The notes beneath the pieces are model-generated. The model saw nothing but the letters and a program-made list of their open reading frames with translations. It made no database searches and was not told the origin of the DNA. Position numbers and translations under genes: made by a program. Below are positions 1 to 14,875 of a DNA stretch of 64,000 nt, in pieces (the stretch's first letter is position 1; every line of letters starts with the position of its first letter). Source of the DNA: Octopus sinensis (lineage: Eukaryota); assembly GCF_006345805.1 (NCBI RefSeq), contig NC_043013.1:3968001-4032000 (forward strand), written 5' to 3'.

Positions 1-414
1 ACTCCGGTGCTCAACTTGTACTTATTTTATCGACCCCGAAATGATGAAAGGCAAAGTTGACCTCAGCGGAATTTGACCCCAAAAAGTAAAGACGGTACAG
101 GACGGTATGCTTATGATTCTACCAGTTCACTGCATTCACATCTTTATAATAATAATAATAATCGTTTCAAAATTTGACACGATGCCAGTAATTTCGAGGG
201 AGGGAGTTCAACTGGTACTATTTTTATGAAAGGTAAAGTCAACCACAGAACGTGAAGACGGTACAAGACAATACAATGCGGGGTTACGTAAATGAAGCGT
301 GTAAACAGTGAAAATGATGACCAAATAAATTTTAACAAAGAAAAATTCCGCCCAGAAGGGACTTCCTAGAGTTGCTCTACCCACCAGGGCAAGTGTCCTC
401 TTCACATCGTTTAC

Positions 415-1560
415 GGGTGCATGTTTAGAATAGGCTCATTTACTCGGACCATACTTGCCACGTTCACTAGCGTTTCAATAAAACTGCAGGGCAGGCAACG
501 ATTTTCACTCTGACCTCACCTTTCTTTTCAAGTGAAATTTAAAGATCTTGATGAGGGCTTGGCCAGAGTGGAAAGTATCTGTCTTCAGTCCTTTTAATTT
601 GGTCCACCGCACAACCTCTTTTGCTAAGACCACCGAACCAATAAGCACCGTTTATCTTTTCGACCAAAAGAAGGCGGTGAAACGATCTTTATAATGAACT
701 CAGCCGATAGCCGGATCCGTCCTGCGCATGACAGCAGGTGTTCGACATAAACCCACATGTCAGTAATGCTCGGACACTTAATGAGAGCATTGCAGAACAG
801 TTTCTTTTTTTGTGGGGAGGGGATATAAAGGCTTACATAAAAGCCAAAAGCAGCATTAGTACGAAATAGAAAAATAGATCGGTTTGTAAGTGTACATCCG
901 CTCTTCGATTTCGCAGGACTGGCTATCCTACCGTTCTCCCGCTAGTTACTGTAGATATCTGCCAAGGGGTCTCCAAACAAGTCTGTTACGTGAAAAAAAA
1001 GTTCGAAGGACAGACCATTCAAACTAAGCGATTGGCTACCCGCGCACCCAACCATCCCTTCTCATATTTCCGTGGTTGTTATCGGCCTTTTGTAACACTC
1101 TAACTCACTTGCCAAGAGTTGCGGCAGACCGACGATGTAGGCACTGAGATCCATCCTGCATTCCGGCTTACCACTCGTCCTGAACAATCGGGCAAAGTGC
1201 TGTTGAAAAGCTGCCGATATCTGTTTGGGGTCCAGTAAGAAGTGTCTATTTTGATTCGTCAAAGATCGAATTTCGGCTTTGTTGCTATGTTGCAATTCCG
1301 CTATTCGGACTCATTAAACGGTTTTCGTCGCCTTGCATCTTTGACCACGCACTTTGGCACTGACAACGGAACCTTTATATTCCGCCCTGAAGAATTAATC
1401 GCGGACTATTCTGACCACTGTTTATTGCAGCGATACAGCTTCTGAAAACGGGTTCGGAAGCCACAGTTTTTAGGACGGCGTCCACGTCATGACATTCAGT
1501 CATATCTAAAGATTTCGGCTGATTCAAACTGATCAGAGTCCCAACAAAGTCATTTTTATT
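415..1560 (-). mobile_element. Decayed Tx1/L1-like LINE ORF2 remnant with internal deletion
   Basis: Minus-strand peptides DPKQISAAFQQHFARLF...LPQL...PITTTEI and GCAGSQSLSLNGLSFELF..DLFGD match the EN-RT linker and RT start; 420-780 gives a C-terminal-like ALIKCPSITDMWVYVEHLLS segment; many stops and frameshifts. Confidence 0.7.
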
Positions 1561-2442
1561 CCCCATTTTCTCTATGATGCATTACATAAGGTGGAGGTTG
1601 TGGAAACCTGTTAGGGATAACACATGTTTGGACTTTCTCTGATGAGAACCTTTTCCCCAAGCAAGATAGAAAGACGTTAGTTAATAACATAATCAGCTTT
1701 CGTTAGGACTACAAAATTTAGCCACAGAAGCTATAAGTGAAATGCAACACAAAATTAACAAATTACACACTCATAGCGCATTGGGACAAATTCTTAATTG
1801 ATGAAAGAAATCTGCCGTTAACAATCTAAAGCAGCACAGTCAGTAATAACGTTATCATCATTAATGTAACATTGTTCTTACGATTCTTGACGGCAATAAA
1901 ACAGTAAAAGCAAATGTTATTAAAAGCCACTTCGTCCAGAACGTATCAGCCCCTAGGCTGAGATAGCAACCTGTTTCTTTTTTAACATTTTCATAATGAA
2001 AAAAAAAATAATGTCCCTTAAAAAGAAATAACGTATCCCTTAAGAATAAGGGATACGTTCGACAATGTTGTCCATAATATACAAAACTACTGGTTGGTCT
2101 TGGAACGCTTCTGTTCAATGTTTTGCTCGATCAGACTTGAACTGGGACTGAACAACAACAGTTATTAACAGTTATTATTTCATACAGTTATTAATTAACT
2201 AGTAATCAATAATTTCACCAAGTAGAATTCGGCATGAAAAGGGACAATTTCTCGGTAAACTTAAGTGATATTTTATAATTGGGGTTCAACAAAGATTTGC
2301 TTTACCCAAACCAAAGTTTAGAATAGCACAGCCACAGAACCTTAGCTATTCCCTCCTCCTCTCTCTCTCTCTTCTCTCCTCTCCTCTCTATATCTATATA
2401 TATATATATCTATATTATATATATATATATATATATATTCTA

Positions 2443-2480
<38 letters not shown>

Positions 2481-2740
2481 TATATTATCTATATATATTA
2501 TGATATACACGCTCATTACTTTCTTGAGCTTAACTAGGCGAACTGAGATGATTTTCGGGCGATAACTGATAAGCAATAGCTTTGTTTGCGTCTCGAAAAT
2601 CATCACAATTTCTCATAGTTAACGCTCAACTCAAAGTAATGCGTGTATATAATATATAAACACACCCGCGCGAGTGTGTATGTGTGTCTTATGCAGTATA
2701 TCATATTTGTCCGTCTGTACGGCGATGCTTCCTTTTGTAG

Positions 2741-2805
2741 CATCTGAGGTGCGACACTGTTACTAGTTCGTCGCTCAACTCTCATTTTTGATGCAAAGGA
2801 ACATG
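2741..2805 (+). other. Candidate internal exon ending in ATG (possible first coding exon)
   Basis: Acceptor GCTTCCTTTTGTAG| before 2741 and donor ATG|GTGAGT at 2805/2806; ends ATG CAA AGG AAC ATG; no transcript evidence. Confidence 0.35.
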
Positions 2806-3632
2806 GTGAGTTGGTCTCTATCATAACTCTTACGGCACGACATACTCCAGAGCCACAGAGAAATTAGAGAAGAAACATTCAGTACTTTACTGCCATTTAA
2901 TTTTCTGAGCCCCAAATAAGGAAAGACGAAGTTGAACAAGATTTGTGCTAAGAATGGCCATCCGGAATAATTGCCGGAAGATATTTTTCCGTCGAGGTTT
3001 CGAACTAGCAGAATCTGTTTCTTTATTACCCACAAGGGGCTAAACACAGAGGGGACAAACAAAGACAGACAAACAGATTAAGTCGATTACATCGACCCCA
3101 ATGCGTAACTGGTACTTAATTTATCGACCCCGAAAGGATGAAAGGCAAAGTCGACCTTGGCGGGAGCTAGCAGAATCGTTAGCCCGTCTCGCAAAATACT
3201 TGGTGGCATTTCTTGCGGCTCTTTAATGCTCTGAATTCAAGTCCATCCGAGTGAAGTACTGGAGACGATGTAATCGATTCGCCCCCACCCCCCTAAATTG
3301 CTGGCCTTGAATCCTGTCACGGGCTGGCGTCTCGTTCAGAGGAATGTTGCGATTGGGATCGCTTATATGCCATGAAAGCTAGATAACAGGTTTAATGGGT
3401 CCAGTGCTCAATAAAAAAAGGAAAAAAGAAATAAGGAAAATTGACTGACTCTTTAGGGTTTCTGCTCACCACGCTTTGTAGGCGTGCACACATGCACACT
3501 GATGCACACATAGGTAAATAAGTCATACAAGCATGTCTACACTAACGCATAATATATGGATCTCCTCTTTCAACGATGATTATTTAGTGGTTGGATACTG
3601 ACTCTAAAGAGTCAGTCAATTTTCCTTATTAA

Positions 3633-3864
3633 GGCGACGAGCTGGCAGAAACGTTAGCGCGCCGGGCGAAATGCGTAGCCGTATTTCATCTGTCGTTACG
3701 TTGTGAGTTCAAATTCCGCCGAGGTCGACTTTGCCTTTCATCCTTTTGGGGTCGATAAATTAAGTACCACTTACGCACTGGGGTCGATGTAATCGACTTA
3801 ATACCTATGTCTGTCCTTGTTTGTCCTCTCTGTGTTTAGCCCTTTGTGGGTAATAAAGAAATAG
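3633..3864 (+). mobile_element. tRNA-derived SINE, family A (GGCGGCGAGCTGGCAGAA head), full length
   Basis: A/B-box-like head (TGGCAGAAACGTTAGC / GAGTTCAAATTCC), central CTTTCATCCTTTyGGGGTCGATAAA, tail AAAGAAATAG; about 25 related pieces in the window. Confidence 0.9.
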
Positions 3865-4179
3865 GTTGGATAGCTGTTCATTGAATTAGCGCGCTAAGTA
3901 GCTGAGCAGACAACAGCGTGACACAACCCGTTACAAGCCTGGACCTTCCGAAGCTTCTACATAGTCTCCATCTATTTAATACAGTGCAGAATCACCTCCC
4001 TCCGACAAGTCATCCTAACGAGACGTCTGCGTTGGCTGGGTCGTCAACCAGGAGAATTGCGTGTGTGTGTGTGTGTGTGTGTGTATTCATGGACAAAGAT
4101 TTGAAGCTAAACACGTTGGCTGGGTCGTCAACGTTGGCTGCGTTGGCTGGGTCGTCAACCAACTACGAAGCAATTGCCC

Positions 4180-4444
4180 CAGCTCCCCTTCAGGGTTGGC
4201 GAAAGCGATGTTGGTGGACAACGAAAAACATGGCTGATGACAGTCAAGGCTGATCTGGAACCCAACCTAGGCCCCCATATCTACAGCGTTCGCCCTTGGA
4301 ATAAGGAGTGGTTGGAGATCACCCAGTCGTTAGCCTCAAATCGCCAGGCCTGGTCGGCGTTTGTGAGAGATGCAGCATTGAGGATGAATGAAGCCAGCTC
4401 AACCCAACCCGGGTGAATGCTGTCAAGTCAAGTCAAGTCAAGTC
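4180..4444 (+). mobile_element. RTE-clade LINE 3' end
   Basis: GGQRKTWLMTVKADL...ASNRQAWSAFVRD is typical of an RTE ORF C-terminus; followed by a (CAAGT)n tail at about 4424-4444. Confidence 0.8.
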
Positions 4445-4927
4445 TATTTAATTACACCCACAAAACAGAACGACTAGAAGTTATAGGTAAAAAAAAACCC
4501 CATCCAATACATCGCAGATTGATATCGAACTCAGAATCTGGCCACTGCGAGTCAAGCTTCTTAACAGTTCAGTCACGCACTGCCCATGCAAACACATACA
4601 CGTTGCATGCAGTACTGTAAATCTATCGTTATTACAGTAAATAGCCACTGTTGATCACAACAGCTTTTATTGTAGAGATTTCATGCAGCCTTCGTAGAGG
4701 TTATTGATTTCATTAACATTCTTTGAATTATATCGCTTTCTGGAGAGTTGAACCGTTTCTATAGAGGCTCAAACAATAATAACAAAAAAAAAAACAAAAA
4801 AAAATGTAACTATACGACAATATCTTTTTCCATATATGCTTCGAAGTCTGTTGATTTCGACTCATCTGCACACGTGTTTAGCTTCATATCTATGGCCATG
4901 AACACACACACACACAAACACACACAC

Positions 4928-5027
4928 NNNNNNNNNNNNNNNNNNNNNNNNNNNNNNNNNNNNNNNNNNNNNNNNNNNNNNNNNNNNNNNNNNNNNNNNN
5001 NNNNNNNNNNNNNNNNNNNNNNNNNNN
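4928..5027. other. Assembly gap (100 N)
   Basis: Run of N inside a CA microsatellite/SINE. Confidence 1.
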
Positions 5028-5047
5028 CGCCTGCGCCTGTGAGTAAA

Positions 5048-5096
<49 letters not shown>

Positions 5097-5319
5097 TAAT
5101 AAATAAAAACATATGCATATATACATACATATATGTACGTACCTACCTCTACATGTATATATACACGCATATATGAGTACAGGACACAAAAAAAAAACGT
5201 CGAACACAATGAGAAACGAAAACATAGACACAAACATAAGGAACTGGACATTTTTCTTAAGGACAAATAACACAAGGAAAAAACCCCTTCTTCAGTCGCC
5301 ATGGTTTCATCTACTATAT

Positions 5320-5356
<37 letters not shown>

Positions 5357-5860
5357 GCGTATGTGTCTTTGAGTCTTTGTGCCCCACCACCGCTTGACAA
5401 CTTGTGTTGGTGCGATTACGTCTCCAGTAGGTTAGCGGTTCGGCAAAAGAACAGATAAAATATATATCAGGCTTCAAAAAATAAAAATAACCTCTGGAGG
5501 CGATTCGTTCCACTAAAAAATTTCTTTATGGTGGTGCCTCAGTATGGCCGCTATCTAATGACTGAAACAAGTAAAAGGTAAACGTAGGCTAGTATTTGGA
5601 ATAAATTTAGCTACTATTTTTGGAACGTTAATTGAGCATGTAGGGTGTCTATCGTTGGCTGGTCTAAGCGCCAAAAGCCCATGTTGGCATTTCTACAGGG
5701 CAACAATGTAATACCAGAAACTGCGGTTTTTGTGCAATATATATATAGGTGGGTACCGTAGGAGTTTTCATGTATAGTCCATGTTCGGCTACGGTTAAAT
5801 TAAAAGAAAAAATTGAAGATGTGTGAGTCTCGGTATTCTTTTTAATTGTTTTCTATATAT

Positions 5861-7165
5861 AAGGGGGGGGGGTGTACCGAAAAGTAACCGGAAACGTTCT
5901 CTGTGGGACAAGCACGTTGTAGTTCAGGCTTCCGTCTGTAGATGCCGCTTGATGTGACCCCCATGCATCAGCCTACTGGCCAGCGTCATCGAGTGCAGTC
6001 GTACTGTCACGTGGTGCATCTTTGTTTTGCAGTTCTTCTTCCCTGTTCGTCGATTTTTGCGATGGCTGAAATGAAGGGACGGCGTATTTCCATGAAATTC
6101 TGTTTTCTGCTGGGGAAAACGGCTGGCGAAACAGTTGTCATGCTTTAAACAGCTTACAAGAATGCTGCCACGCACAAAACAAGCTTACGAGTGGTTTTCC
6201 CGCTTTAGGAATAGTCACTTATTGCTTGAAGACCAATCTCGTTGAGGACGATCGTCGACCTCTCGAAGGAATGAAAATATCACGAAAATTTGTGAACTGA
6301 TCTTGGAGGATTGTCGCCGAACAATTGACAAACTTGTCGATATGACTGGTGTGTCCTGGAGCTCCGGTCAACGAATTTTGAGCAAAATTTGTGTCTCACT
6401 TGCTCACAGAAGACCAAAAGCAGTCACGACTGAATGTGTATCGTGAGCTGAAAGAAAAGTTGTTGGAAGTTGATCTGTACCTTTTTCCGAAGGTCATCGC
6501 AGGTGACGAAAGCTGGTGCTACGGCCGCGACAAGGAAATGAAGCAGTAATCAAGTCAATGAAAGAATTCAATGTCACCAAGTTCCCCACGCCAAATGCGT
6601 CAAGTAAAGTCCTATGTCAAGGAGATCTGATTTGTTTCATCGATGCGAAAGGAATTGTCTACACAACATTTATTCCTCGTGGGTCAAACTATTAACCAGG
6701 CATTTTGCTTGGTAGTTCTGAAGCGTTTGCGAGACACAGCGAGACGAAAACATTCCCGAACAATGGCAAAGTGGAGAGTGGTGGTTTCTTCACGAAAATG
6801 CACCTTCGCCCACTGCCTTGAGTGTGAGACAGTTTTTGATCAAAAACCACATGTCCTCGTTTACCCACCCTCCCTATTCTTCTGATCTTGTTCCCTGCAA
6901 CTTTTTTCTGTCCACCCGAATGAAAAACGTCCTTAAAGGAAACTATTTTGCAGATGTGGAATAGGTAAAGAAAGAAAAACGATGGATGCGTTAAAAGGAA
7001 TCACTCCGCATGAGTTTTAGGACTGATTCGAACAGTGGAAAACACGCCTGGATGAATGCATTGTTTCGAATGGAGAATATTTTGAAGGTGATAAAAGTGT
7101 AAACATGTGAAACTAAGTGAATAAAATAATTTTGCAAAATTCAGGTTTCTTTTGGGTACACACAC
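5861..7165 (+). mobile_element. Near full-length decayed mariner (DD34D-type) transposon
   Basis: Imperfect TIRs GTGTACCGAAAAGTAACCGGAA / TTCAGGTTTCTTTTGGGTACAC; peptides MKFCFLLGKTAGETVVML, KVIAGDESWCY, GQTINQAF, and a YSxDLxP-like segment; stops and frameshifts. Confidence 0.9.
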
Positions 7166-7536
7166 ACGCGCGCAACCCCCCTACTTTTCATGACACATTG
7201 TCTGATATATATATGTTTAAAATATCATTTTAAAGCAAAAACAGTGCAAGTTATAAAAATTAATAATATAGCATTATTAATTTTGAAAGCTAGCATTTTA
7301 AAACTTTATAAATATATTCGACACACACATAAATACGTGCTGGGAGAAGTGTTAGCACACCGGGCAAAATACTTTGCGGCATTTCATCCGTCATCACGTT
7401 CAGAGTTCGAATTCCGCCGAGGTCGAATTTGCCTCTCATATTTTCGTGGTCGAAAAAAAATAAGTAGCAGCCGAGCTCTGGGACCGAAATTTCAGATCTT
7501 GCGTCAAAATTTGAAAACAACATAGGTCGATAGTTT

Positions 7537-7734
7537 GTGCTATTACCTGATATTTCAAAATTTCAGGAAAAGGGCCCTTTCTTCAGGAAGCTTACGGATA
7601 AAAGGTGTTCATAGCTGAAGTGTCTGTTCTGTAGTCTGTGTTTATAGCGACATCAGCTATTAATACCTTTACTCTATAGATTTCCTTATGCAGGGCCCCT
7701 AAACCTGAATTAGTGAAATGTCAGGTAATAGTAC
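7537..7734. mobile_element. Small MITE-like element with ~41-bp inverted repeats
   Basis: 7537-7577 GTGCTATTACCTGATATTTCA...AGGGCCC is the imperfect reverse complement of 7693-7734. Confidence 0.55.
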
Positions 7735-7945
7735 TAACCGGCAATCTGCATTATTAATTTTGAAAGCTAGCATTTTAAAACTTTATAAATATATTCGAAA
7801 CACACATAAATACGTCCATATATACGTACGTACATGTATGCATGTATGTATGTACATATATATATGTACATTCACATTTGTATGTATGCATTTACATCAT
7901 ATATCTTAAAGCAATCATTCAGGATCTGTTTATGCGTTATATATA

Positions 7946-9183
7946 CAGGAGTTGGACAAAATAATGGAAACACCTTAAAATTTCAAACAAATTTATTTTA
8001 ATATTGGGTAGGACCGCCTTTGGTAGTAATTACAGCTTGAATTCTATGAGGTATGGACTTGTATAAAGTTTGAATGTTTCCAAAGGAATTTTTGTCCATT
8101 CTTCAGCTAAAATAGTCTACAGTTCTTGTAGTGATGATGGTGGAGGATATAGACTCCTTACTTGTTTTTCCAAAATGCACCGTAAATGTTCAATAATATT
8201 GAGATCTGGAGACTGTGGTGGTCAGATAAGATGTTCAACTTCTCTAGGATGTTCCTCGTGCCATTCAATAACAACTTTAGCTGTGTGAATTGGTGCATTA
8301 TCATCCTGAAAGCTTGCGTTTCCCTCCGGAAACAGTTCCGCCATCATAAGATGAATTTGATCAGATTACATGCTTAAATAGTCTTTACTATTAATTCTGC
8401 CATGAAGGGAAACCTTTGGGCTGACGGATTTCCAAGATATAGCCCCCCAGATCATCACAGATCCTCCTCCATGTTTAACAGTTTGAAGAAGGGAGTCTAG
8501 GCCAAATGCTTCTTTTGGCTGTCTCCACTCATATACTTGACCGGTGGTCAGAAATAAGGTAAAGAATGACTCAACCGAGAAAATAACATTCTTCCACTGC
8601 TCTAAGGACCAATTCTATAGGTTTTTACTCCACTCTAAACGCTTTGCAACGTTTGTTTTTCAAGGTAGTGGTTTTCTGATTGCAGCTCTCCCATGAAATC
8701 CGGCTTTGTGCAGCTGGGTTATCGAGGTGGTCATTAAGCTCTGCAGTAATTTTGGGAGATATACTTTTGTGATCCATTTTTAACAATTCGCGTAAGAGTC
8801 CGACAGTCCCTATCTGAAAGTTCTGGTTTTCTTCCGGAGTTCTGTTTCGACGAGGAGGTTTTCCCCTCTTTCTCAAAGGCTGTCATTACTTTCGAGACTT
8901 CTTGATGCACCAAACATTCCGGCTGTTTTCATTACGCTAGCGCCTGCCTTACGAGCACCAACAATTTGACCTCTTTGAAAGTCCGATAGATCTCATTTTA
9001 TGAATTTTAATTACATTTTTCTGATGATTTCTGAAAAGAAACAGCAACTTTAGCAAAACATATTAAGCAGCACTAATAATAAAAAAAACCCATAAAAATA
9101 ACCAAGCTTTTGATGGTTTTATAGATATTTTAAAATTTTAATGCTATGATGCTTGGTGTTTCCATTATTTCGTCCAACCGCTG
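7946..9183 (-). mobile_element. Tc1-like transposon, DD36E spacing, decayed copy
   Basis: TIRs CAGGrGTTGGACAAAATAATGGAAACACC with flanking TA; FQDDNAPIH...PPQSPDLNIIE has 36 residues between D and E; same family as 62508-63620. Confidence 0.92.
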
Positions 9184-9921
9184 TATATACCCACGACGAA
9201 AGAAAATAGTATTCGAATACCAAAGGTAGTGTAATATGCCTTTGTTAAAACTACAAAAATCTTCACAAACTGTTACTCAGAGTTTCACTTTCCAATTCAT
9301 CCAACAATATGATCACAACTGTTCGACGAACGGGAACGTGAAACTCTGAAAGTTTGTGAAGTAATAGTTTGTGAAGATTTTTGCAGCTTTAATAAAAGTT
9401 TTATATTGTTGATTGCATCGACCCTAGTACTCAACTGGTACTTATTTTATCGACCTCAAGAGAATGAACGGCAAAGTCGACCACAGGGGCATTTGAACTT
9501 AGAACGCAATGCTGGACGAAATGCTGTTTAGCATTTCGTCCGACGTCCTAACGATTCTGTTAGCTTACTGCCTTATACGCATATACATATATACACACAA
9601 TGGAATTACTGTCGACTTTTCTAAGTTCACCTACTTTTTGATAGCTTTCGCATCTCACAGAGTGTTCAAGGATTTCTTATCACCAAGCAAGCTTGAAAGG
9701 GCTGCAGGTTTTATCGATGGCGACGGTGACCTGAACATGTAGCAGGTTGTGCGTAACTTATTTCGAAAAGGAAAAACATAATGTAACCTTTGGTTTACAA
9801 AAGATGAAAATGAATCGTCATGACACGGAAGCTTTCCTCATAAATTGGTCCAATCACGGCGAACCTAAGTCCGTAAGTCCGTAACCCCTCAAGCAACTAA
9901 TAATCGTCCACATCCAAGATT

Positions 9922-10375
9922 CTTATCATCATCATCATTGTTCGACCGTGGTCGAGACAATGGAATTTACTATGTTGCGCCATACTTCACGGTCCATCAT
10001 GGTATTACGGAGGTCCTGTTGCTGGATGCCTGTATCCCTGGAGATTACATCAGGGTAGGAGAGTGTGCGCCCTCTGGTGTTGCGAGTAGATGGCTTCCAG
10101 AGGAGAAGAGTAGAAATTACTTCTTTTTCAGCTCTACAACAATTTCCAGCAAACTGGACTCTCCTACCTTTCACAAGAGATGACACAGGTGGTAATTTCC
10201 CATATATTTGCATTTTGGTTGGATGGCGCCTCCATGAGAGATTTTGAGCTCTCATAAGGAGGTGAGTGTAGGTTCCATCCAACCGCCTCTCAAACTTCTT
10301 TGATAACGTCCAGGTTTCTGAGCCATATAGTAGGATTGGTTCGACTGTGGCTTTGAATATTTCAAGTTTGAAGAT
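9922..10375 (-). mobile_element. 5'-truncated RTE-clade LINE (RT end and C-terminus)
   Basis: KATVEPILLYGSETWTLSKK...RRVQFAG..CR...MMDREVWR; (TGA)n tail at about 9924-9937. Confidence 0.85.
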
Positions 10376-10545
10376 TCTTAACCCTTCTCCTGTCAGTCAC
10401 TTCTTTGAGTCGATCCACTCATCCTTTCGCTCGCATACAACAAATATACAAAAAAGCACACTCCAAACACCTCCACATGTAAAAGCCCACGCCACTGCCA
10501 AGACGCCATCTTTAAAAGAGCGTATTAGCGCTACAGTGTATGCGT

Positions 10546-10641
<96 letters not shown>

Positions 10642-11479
10642 GAGAGAGAGAGAGAGAGAGAGAGAGCATATAATTTGATAATAGAATTAGTGGAAGGATG
10701 TAAGCAATAAATGAAAACCTGGTGGATTTGATCTGAAAACCGCTGGAAAGACTATTCAGGCATGCAGACTATCATGTGCATACATATATACATTCAAACA
10801 CACAGATACTTAATACAAATATCTGTGTGTGTGTCTGTTTGTACCCCACCACCGCTTGACAACCGGGTGTATTTACATCCCCGTCGCTTAGTGGTTCGGT
10901 AAAAGAGACCGATAGAACAAGCACTTGGTTTAAAAATTATAATGAGACTTGGGTTCGATTTGTTCGACTAAAACCCTTCAAGGCGGTGCCTCGGCTTGGC
11001 CACAGTCAAATGACTGAAACAAGTAAAAGGATAAAATATATACACACACACACACAGGCATATAAATGTTCGTTAAACACTTGCTCAATGTGTTATGAAG
11101 TCATTTTTAGTTTCGCACCAAAATTGGAGGATTTTAAGTGCATTTCAACGTTCATTGAGCGATTTATGACCAAAGCTTTCCTGTCAATAACCACATCGTC
11201 TTTTATTCGGGAGCGCATTAATCACCGCGTCCTTCTGATTCGAAAATCGTACGCTGGTATGCGACTTGGCTGCTATTTTTATGATCAAGTAACTGCGCCT
11301 TGGTTCACTTACACGCCGTCTCGTATTTTCCGACGCTGATGGAATAGACTCGTCATCAGCGATATTCTAGTCGTGGCCACCTCGTCTTTTTAGCGGCATG
11401 AGATACGAAATTAGTCATCGAATTCTTTTTTTTTATTCAAGACAGTAAGGTTAATTTGTTGCTGGGTACATTAACATTT

Positions 11480-12950
<1,471 letters not shown>

Positions 12951-13320
12951 GTTACTCTCACTTTGTTTTATCTTGCTCTTTCACACCTACACACAAATAC
13001 ACCCCACCTCCACACACACACATACACACACACACCCAGAGGCGCGGAGTCTGTTATACTATTTCGCTCATTATCTCCCTATCTATCATACTTGCTCTAT
13101 CTTAATATGACGCCCACACACACCGTCTGTGTATCTCGTTTCAGTGTGTCACCACCCAGCATTCAAAGAAGTCGATACATTTGACAATTTAATTATATCA
13201 AAGATAATGCCTTGTGTGTTTATGACTCTGTGTATGTGTGTAGATGTGTTTGCGCGCGCGCGCGCACGCGTGTGTGTGTGCTCGTGTGTGTGTGTGTGTG
13301 CTCGTGTGTGTGTGTGTGTG

Positions 13321-13356
<36 letters not shown>

Positions 13357-13438
13357 CGTGTCTGTGTGTGCGTGCTCGTGTCTGTGTGTGTACGCAACTA
13401 TGTTTCTAGGTATGAGTGTATATATGATTATATGTGTT

Positions 13439-13669
13439 TGCGGCGAACTGGCAGAAACGTTAGCGCGCCGGGCGAAATGCTTTGCGGTATTTCGTCTGTC
13501 GTAACGTTCTGAGTTCAAACTCAGCCGAGGTCAACTTTGCCTTTCATCCTTTCGGGGTCGATAAATAAAGTACCAGTTTCGCACCGGGGGCGATACAATC
13601 GACTCAATCCCTTCGTCTGTCCTTGTTTGTCCCCTCTATGTTTAGCCTCTTCTGGGCAGTAAAGAAATA
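13439..13669 (+). mobile_element. SINE family A, full length
   Basis: Same head, centre and tail as 3633-3864. Confidence 0.9.
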
Positions 13670-14220
13670 TATATTTCAGCATTTATATAAGTATGTTCAT
13701 GAGTTTGCGTGCATGTTTATATATAAATACACATGTATACATTCACGTATGACCATATGCGTATATGTATGCGCGTATGACTTTGTATTACTGAACATGC
13801 GTGTGTCTCTATACTTATGAACGTAGCTATGCATGCATGCATGTTTCTCTTCATGCATTTCCCTTCCCCAGCCTAAGTGTCTACTCCCAGCTTGTCTGTC
13901 TTAAAATATAATATATATCTATCTTTATTGATTAAGCAATCATCCACATAACCACCTTCCCCGCATCAGTCCGTTCATCTCTCAACATTTTTACCTTAGT
14001 GATAATAGTTCTTTCTCCTTCAAATTCTCCACTACTTATTGCTAACAATTCCGTTACAGTAACAGACAACAAACAATTTTAGTATCCATTCACCCATCGA
14101 TCTATCGATCAATTGATCCCTCCATCCAGCTATCCGTTCGTCCGTCCATCCACCATCTGTCTGTTGTCTGTCTGTCTATCTGTCTGTCTGTCAAACTATC
14201 ATGGTGCGCGCATGTATATA

Positions 14221-14875
14221 TACAGGGTGCGGTGAATAAACTGTTGTTTAAATTACGTAAAAATGAAAATAACACTGACGTCTCATTTTAACAAATATAT
14301 TTATCCAAATGAGATGGAAATATCTTGAAATACTCAAGAGTAAATTTATTCAATAAAAGTGCCATTTGCTTCAACCACGGCCTCCAGACGACTACGGAAT
14401 CTCCTGTAAATCTTCTGGAGAAGGCTGCCATAATCCTTATGCGTCCCACGCATAATAATCAAGAGGGTTGCAATCCGGGGAGTTAGGTGGCCAAGTGTTA
14501 GGGGTGATGTGCTCGCAGAAATTGTCGGACAGCCATGACTAGGTTCTCCAGCTTGTGTGACATGGTGCAGAGTCCTGTTGCTAGACATAGGGTCTTCTAG
14601 CAGCCACCCTCTTGACCGAGGGCAGCACTACCATCGCCAGGCACTTGATGTAACCCTCCGTGTTGAGTCTGAGGCCGTGTGGGAAGATGAATGGGGGCAT
14701 AACGTCACCATCACTAGTGATCACTCTCCAACCACCCTGATATTGACTGGATGTTTGGCTTTTATCCCTCTCGGTACACGTCTTCAGATAGACAACCAAA
14801 CACACTTAAATATTCGTATTGGAGCTTCCGGTGCGAATGCCAAGCAGTACAGCATGTCATTTCCAACTTTCTGGC
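14221..14875 (-). mobile_element. Tc1/mariner DD37D (maT-type) transposon, 3' part
   Basis: QQDSAPCH...WPPNSPDCNPLDY has 37 residues between catalytic Ds; ends RFRSRLEAVVEANG; terminal TACAGGGTG. Confidence 0.88.
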
